Below, in pieces: positions 59,263 through 64,000 of a DNA stretch of 64,000 nt (positions are counted from its first letter, which is position 1; every line of letters begins with the position of its first letter). This DNA is from Hydrolagus colliei (lineage: Eukaryota): assembly GCA_035084275.1 (NCBI GenBank), contig JAYJKW010000399.1, positions 496,001 through 560,000 of the forward strand. The letters are read 5' to 3'. The notes below the pieces were generated by a model that was not told the DNA's origin, searched no databases, and was given only the letters and a program-made list of their open reading frames with translations. The translations under genes and the position numbers were made by a program.

Positions 59263-59652
59263 CAGCATTGAACCTATTACCTACAGCATTGGTCACAGCT
59301 TGGGAGGGACAAAGGCCTTTGTGTCCACAGTGTGTACAGGGCGCTGAGGTCACTGCTGTAGTTTAACAGCAGTGACCTCAGAGAGATGGAGAAACACACT
59401 TGTATTCCGAGCAATACATTTAAAACATCATTAATTTATTTCTTTGCTGCTGATAAGCATTTCACAACCAGGTATATGCAATGTAAGGCAGTACATTAGA
59501 ATTATTTGGCAATATACCCTTTGTGGAAAGCGTTTCAATTTTAACGGGTTAAACTACAGCAGTGACCTCAGCGCCCTGTACACACTGTGGACACAAAGGC
59601 CTTTGTCCCTCCCAAGCTGTGACCAATGCTGTAGGTAATGGGTTCAATGCTG
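59263..59652. repeat. Inverted repeat: 105-bp arms (59263-59367 and 59548-59652, one mismatch) with 180-bp spacer
   Basis: cagcattgaacctattacctacagcattggtcac...gtagtttaac versus gttaaactac...gtgaccaatgctgtaggtaatgggttcaatgctg. Confidence 0.95.
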
Positions 59653-60052
59653 GTGAGTGGCCCCTGTGCAGACAATGTACACACACATTCCAGGCTGGGG
59701 AAACCTGTGTGTAGGTGGGGGACACATGTGCATCTCTCTGATGGTTTAGATACTTAACAACAGCAAATTGCACTGACACACGGTGGCGTGTGTGGTGTTA
59801 TGGGCGTGAGTTTCAGCATGGAATGGACACCCAGCTGCCTCCAAATTACATCATTGCATTAAGTTTCGTAACTCGGAGCCCATAATGTTTTGTTTTTGCA
59901 CACGGCTCATCTCATCCAGGCTCATACGGTAAAATTGCTCAAAGGAGCATTCTCCATTTTCATTTAAAATGACGCCGTTTGATGCTCTTGAGAACCACTT
60001 CTTGTTCGGGAGTCGACTTGTGTAGAACAGGATCCATTTTATCTCCATTAAA

Positions 60053-63000
60053 ATGACATATCCGACTATTTGGAGACTACGAGATATTTACTACCCGGTT
60101 CTCGTTGCTGTTGGAATTCCTGGCAAGTGATATATCCGATTCATTATTTAGATTATTACGCAGTAAAGCTTGTAGCCTGACTCATTTTAGCAATCTCACT
60201 TCTGATTCAACAAATCGTGAGATCTATCCCTGTTTCGCTAGATCCTGGCGATTGACACTGGAATAATGTGTCAGGAGTTGAGTTACATTCTGGAGATTAG
60301 ACGAGCCATAGTCAGAATGAAGACTTAGTAAGGAATCGCCAGTTAGATTCTTTATCTAATACAAAATGGTAGCGCGTCACTGAACATGGTAAAGAGATAA
60401 TAGGAAAGCCGATGGCATGTTCACTGTGTATCAATCTTCATGATATAAAATAATAGTTTTGTCGTTTAATCATGTTATACAGGTGGGTTCATTGTTGCGC
60501 ACAATTGGCTGCCATATCTCGTTTACAACAAATAAGGTGAATTCACTTGCAAGTATATTTCAGTGAAGCGATGTACTAAGTCCTGAAGACGTAACAACGT
60601 GTTACATCAAACGCAAATTTTCAGATGAATCTCTGTTAATAGAATTTGACCCTTCGAAGTAGATAACTGTTGGGTTTCGTCCCATGTCCGATATTGGCTT
60701 CACAGTGCACAGAACAACAGCAAAGGAAATCATATATGTAAATGTTTACAAATATTTGTAAACCACCCTCACACAATGTAGCGCCTCAGATTATCGACAC
60801 ACTAGTAATGATTATTGTACTTGCCGTTTCTTGTCGTCCAAACTTCTCAAAGTATGAAACAGGATTTTTGGAAAGTACTGTATTTTTATCAAATGCGGCA
60901 GCTAAACAGCACAAAAACAAGCATGATGTGAATGACCGGTTTGTTCCAGTGATCATCGCACAGGACAGCTCGACAATGTGCTATAGTGTGAGAAGTTTCG
61001 AATGAGAGTTTAGGCAACGTTAACGCGTCAGAATATCGTTAAAATTCTCCTTACACAAGCTTCAAATATAGTAGGGAGGATCGATTTGGAATATAACAGC
61101 CAACTTTCTAACTCACTTTATATCTATTGGTAGCAAATTGCTGTGGCTCACGCAAAAAATAATTATTCCACTTTAGATGAGAATAAATTTGAAACATTGC
61201 ACTAAGGGTTAGGACGAATCTAGCGTGAATTATTCTATCGCTTTCTGCTCTGCTGATTACTGTAGTGGGTTCTGCAGGCTGCCTGTCACTATACTGGACA
61301 TTGTTGATTTCACCATGTTGGATCAACGCTGTGTGACCAATGCTGGACCAGAAAATCAGGAGAAGACCAAACAATCAATATCCCCAAAACACGATCCAGT
61401 TGAAAATCCACATACAGAACCATTGTCTCCAGACGCCTTCCATAAACCCTGACCTCAACTCACTGCCACGTTCACTGAAACCAAACGCTAACCTGCCTGA
61501 CTCCGCAACAATCATAACATTGTCTCCACAGAGGATTGATATCATTCAAGTTTTTTTAATGAGCACGTCACCTTCAAGCTTGTTCATCCCCCATGCGAAA
61601 CTGCTCACCCCCCCACCCCCACTCTTCACCCCCAAAGAATCGAGCCACAAACTTGCCGTCATTGCTAATTATAACATATTTAAAGTGAAGGTATGTATGT
61701 GTTATCAAACTGGAAGCTGTGAGTGCCAGACGCATAGATGTTATCGATTCTACTCACAGATAATTTTGCGGGCTTTAGGCGATTATACCCTGCCTATGTT
61801 GCCCACAAGTGTCCAGGCGCTGATAGTCTAGCATCCCTTTCTAGAACCTATTGCGTTTACTGATCATTCGCTATCTGTAGTTATTACTTGCAACACGTTT
61901 CGATCACATGTATGCTGACGAAATCCGAAGCGATACTTCTTGGCTCTCATTAAGCTACACTTACAGTATATTTAGCAGGATATAATGCAAGTGATTGTCT
62001 ATTTTGCGGCAAAACAAAATTAAACATTTGCGTACCGATAAACTAACAAACAGTCGTCGAGTCTCTCCTCACTTTTGGTATATTTTCGTCACGTGTTTTT
62101 CGTCTTTCCATGCGCAGAAGAGGCAATTTGTTACCTACAGCAGCCATTGTAGCCTAAAACAATCCAGCCCTATACAGGCTTTCCCTCGAGAGATGTCATC
62201 CAGAACCTGATTCTGTGTCCAGATGTAGGTGGGTCGAATCCAACACCTTCAGAATCAAAGGAAAAATAGTACAGCTGAGCCAGACTGTAGCAATACCCAG
62301 TGTTGGGTGAGTGAGCATCTGTGACAGCAGACAAAGTACACGAACAATGTATACGTTCTGGGATGATCTCGGTTGCAAAGGTTGCGAAGCGGAGAGTTTG
62401 TTGCTCGAGCTCACAAATTCGTATATCTCTGTGGTTAGAGCGCTCGCCACACAAACGTGAGACCTGTGTTTCAATACAAGCGAAATACAGGGCGAAACCT
62501 TGGCAAGAATCTTTACTCCACACGCCCGGCTAATTGATCATTTGAATCCACGACAGATTCTGCGGACACTGCTGTGCGCACTTGGCTGCCACGTTGCGAC
62601 CACAAGAATAATCAATTCACTTTATGGTAAATTCATTGAAGCTCATTGAAACGTCGATAAAATGTGAAAATCACGTCCTATATCAAACACTAGTATTCAT
62701 ATAATATTATCATTAAACATTGTCTAAGATCAAACTGTGTGATCCCGTATTGTACCATGCAAATATCTAGAATCTGCTGATCCAGACGCCAAGGCGCTTT
62801 CGTTTAGCCAGGCTTCACTTTCACCCAGAAAGTGCAACTGCTTTTTGAACAAAATGCCATTAACTCACAGAGCTCACAAGTAAATGTTTGTCTGTTTTTC
62901 ATCGATATATAGCGAACCTGTTGGCCATTGTGGTCCTGTCCCGCGGAAAGTGTGGTCTGTCCAAATGTACCACCAGCTACCTGGTGGCCATGGCAGTGGG

Positions 63001-63811
63001 AGATCTGCTGGTCGCCATCACCGATGTGCTATTGAGACAAATCAATGGTATTTACTTCCCTGTCTCATTTCTGTACATCACTCCCGTGTGCTCACTCGGA
63101 TTGGTGCTGTCGTCATTCGCAACACACGTGTCAGTCTGGTTCACAGTCTCTTTCACCTTTGACCGCCTGGTCGCCATTTGTTTTCCTACACTGAAAAGCG
63201 AATATTGCACTGAGAGAACAGCAGCCGTGGTTACAGGAGTGATCTCTGTCCTGAGCTGTTTGTTCAGCATTCCCTGGTACTTTAAAGAAGAACCCTACTT
63301 TATATTCCACAATGTGCCTTGGGGTTGCAAAGTCAAACCAGCTTTCTACACCACTCTGGGATGGATTGTGTTTCACTGGTTAGACACAATTGCAACCCCA
63401 TTCGCTCCTTTCTTTCTGGTTTTACTGATGAACGTGGTGACCGTTCGACATATTTTAGCGGCCAATAGAATCCGACGAAAACTTCTGAACCAGAATAGTG
63501 AAACTGCCAATGACGCAGAGATGGTGAATCGTAGAAAATCTGTTATTTTACTGTTCACGATATCGGGAAGCTTCATACTGTTGTGGCTGCTGTACGTTAC
63601 CAGTGTCATACTTCGATATACTTTAGACAGTTATACCTACAATGATTACGGAGACCCATTGTATGTCGTTGCAGTATTGTCAAACATGCTTAAGCTTTTG
63701 AGTTGCTGCACAAATACCGTCATTTACGCAGTGACACAATCTAACTTCAGAAAGGAAGTGAAATACCTGGTGAAATATCCTTTTATAAATATCTTGCAAC
63801 GTTTCAAATAA
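60053..63811 (+). CDS. GPR139-like class A orphan GPCR, gene 3 (exon 1 60053-60122, GC donor; exon 2 62913-63811; about 322 aa)
   Basis: Exon 1 MTYPTIWRLRDIYYPVLVAVGIP G|gcaagt. Exon 2 atatag|CG NLLAIVVLSRGKCGLSKCTTSYLVAMAVGDL..FDRLVAIC..WGCK..TPFAPF..CCTNTVIY..FRKE, uninterrupted. Confidence 0.88.
62430..62712 (+). mobile_element. tRNA/Deu-domain SINE in the GPCR gene 3 intron
   Basis: gtggttagagcgctcgcc..gggcgaaaccttggcaag..gacactgctgtgcgcacttggctgcc..tatatcaaacac. Confidence 0.75.
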
Positions 63812-64000
63812 TGAATAATGTTTTTGCTGCATATGCTTCTGAGAGGGTTGACGACGAGGCAGTTTATGCTAAGAAAAAACAACAACAAAATTGCTTTAAT
63901 AGAGCGTCTTAGGCGTCGAGATCACGTCACCATACACTCAACAATTAGTTCGGGACCCATTCGGGAACATTCACACATAATCAAATAATTCCTTCCTTCC

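Overview
Vertebrate genomic DNA, most likely a cartilaginous fish and possibly a chimaera (inferred from the L2, CR1 and tRNA/Deu-domain SINE landscape and the gene families). No prokaryotic features. From left to right: (1) 248-14551 (+) is the 3' LRR-encoding half of an NLR (NLRP/NLRC3-like, ribonuclease-inhibitor-type LRR) gene. It is built from tandemly duplicated 87-nt and 171-nt phase 2-2 exons, several of them damaged. (2) A CpG-rich element with a cluster of TCACGTG E-boxes lies just downstream. (3) 16799-22428 (-) is an intron-containing DAP3/MRPS29 copy with 12 coding exons and a U12-type intron. It carries a +1 frameshift and an LTR-like insertion that truncates one exon, so it is probably a duplicated pseudogene. 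(4) Three two-exon GPR139-like class A GPCR genes follow: one intact (-), one frameshifted (-), and one intact (+) with a GC splice donor. (5) A relic of a second NLR terminal exon plus 3' flank lies at about 39.8-40.6 kb. (6) There is a near-perfect 105-bp inverted repeat upstream of the third GPCR, a 211-nt N gap, and many LINE/SINE fragments. Exon boundaries were read manually from splice signals; repeat boundaries are approximate.
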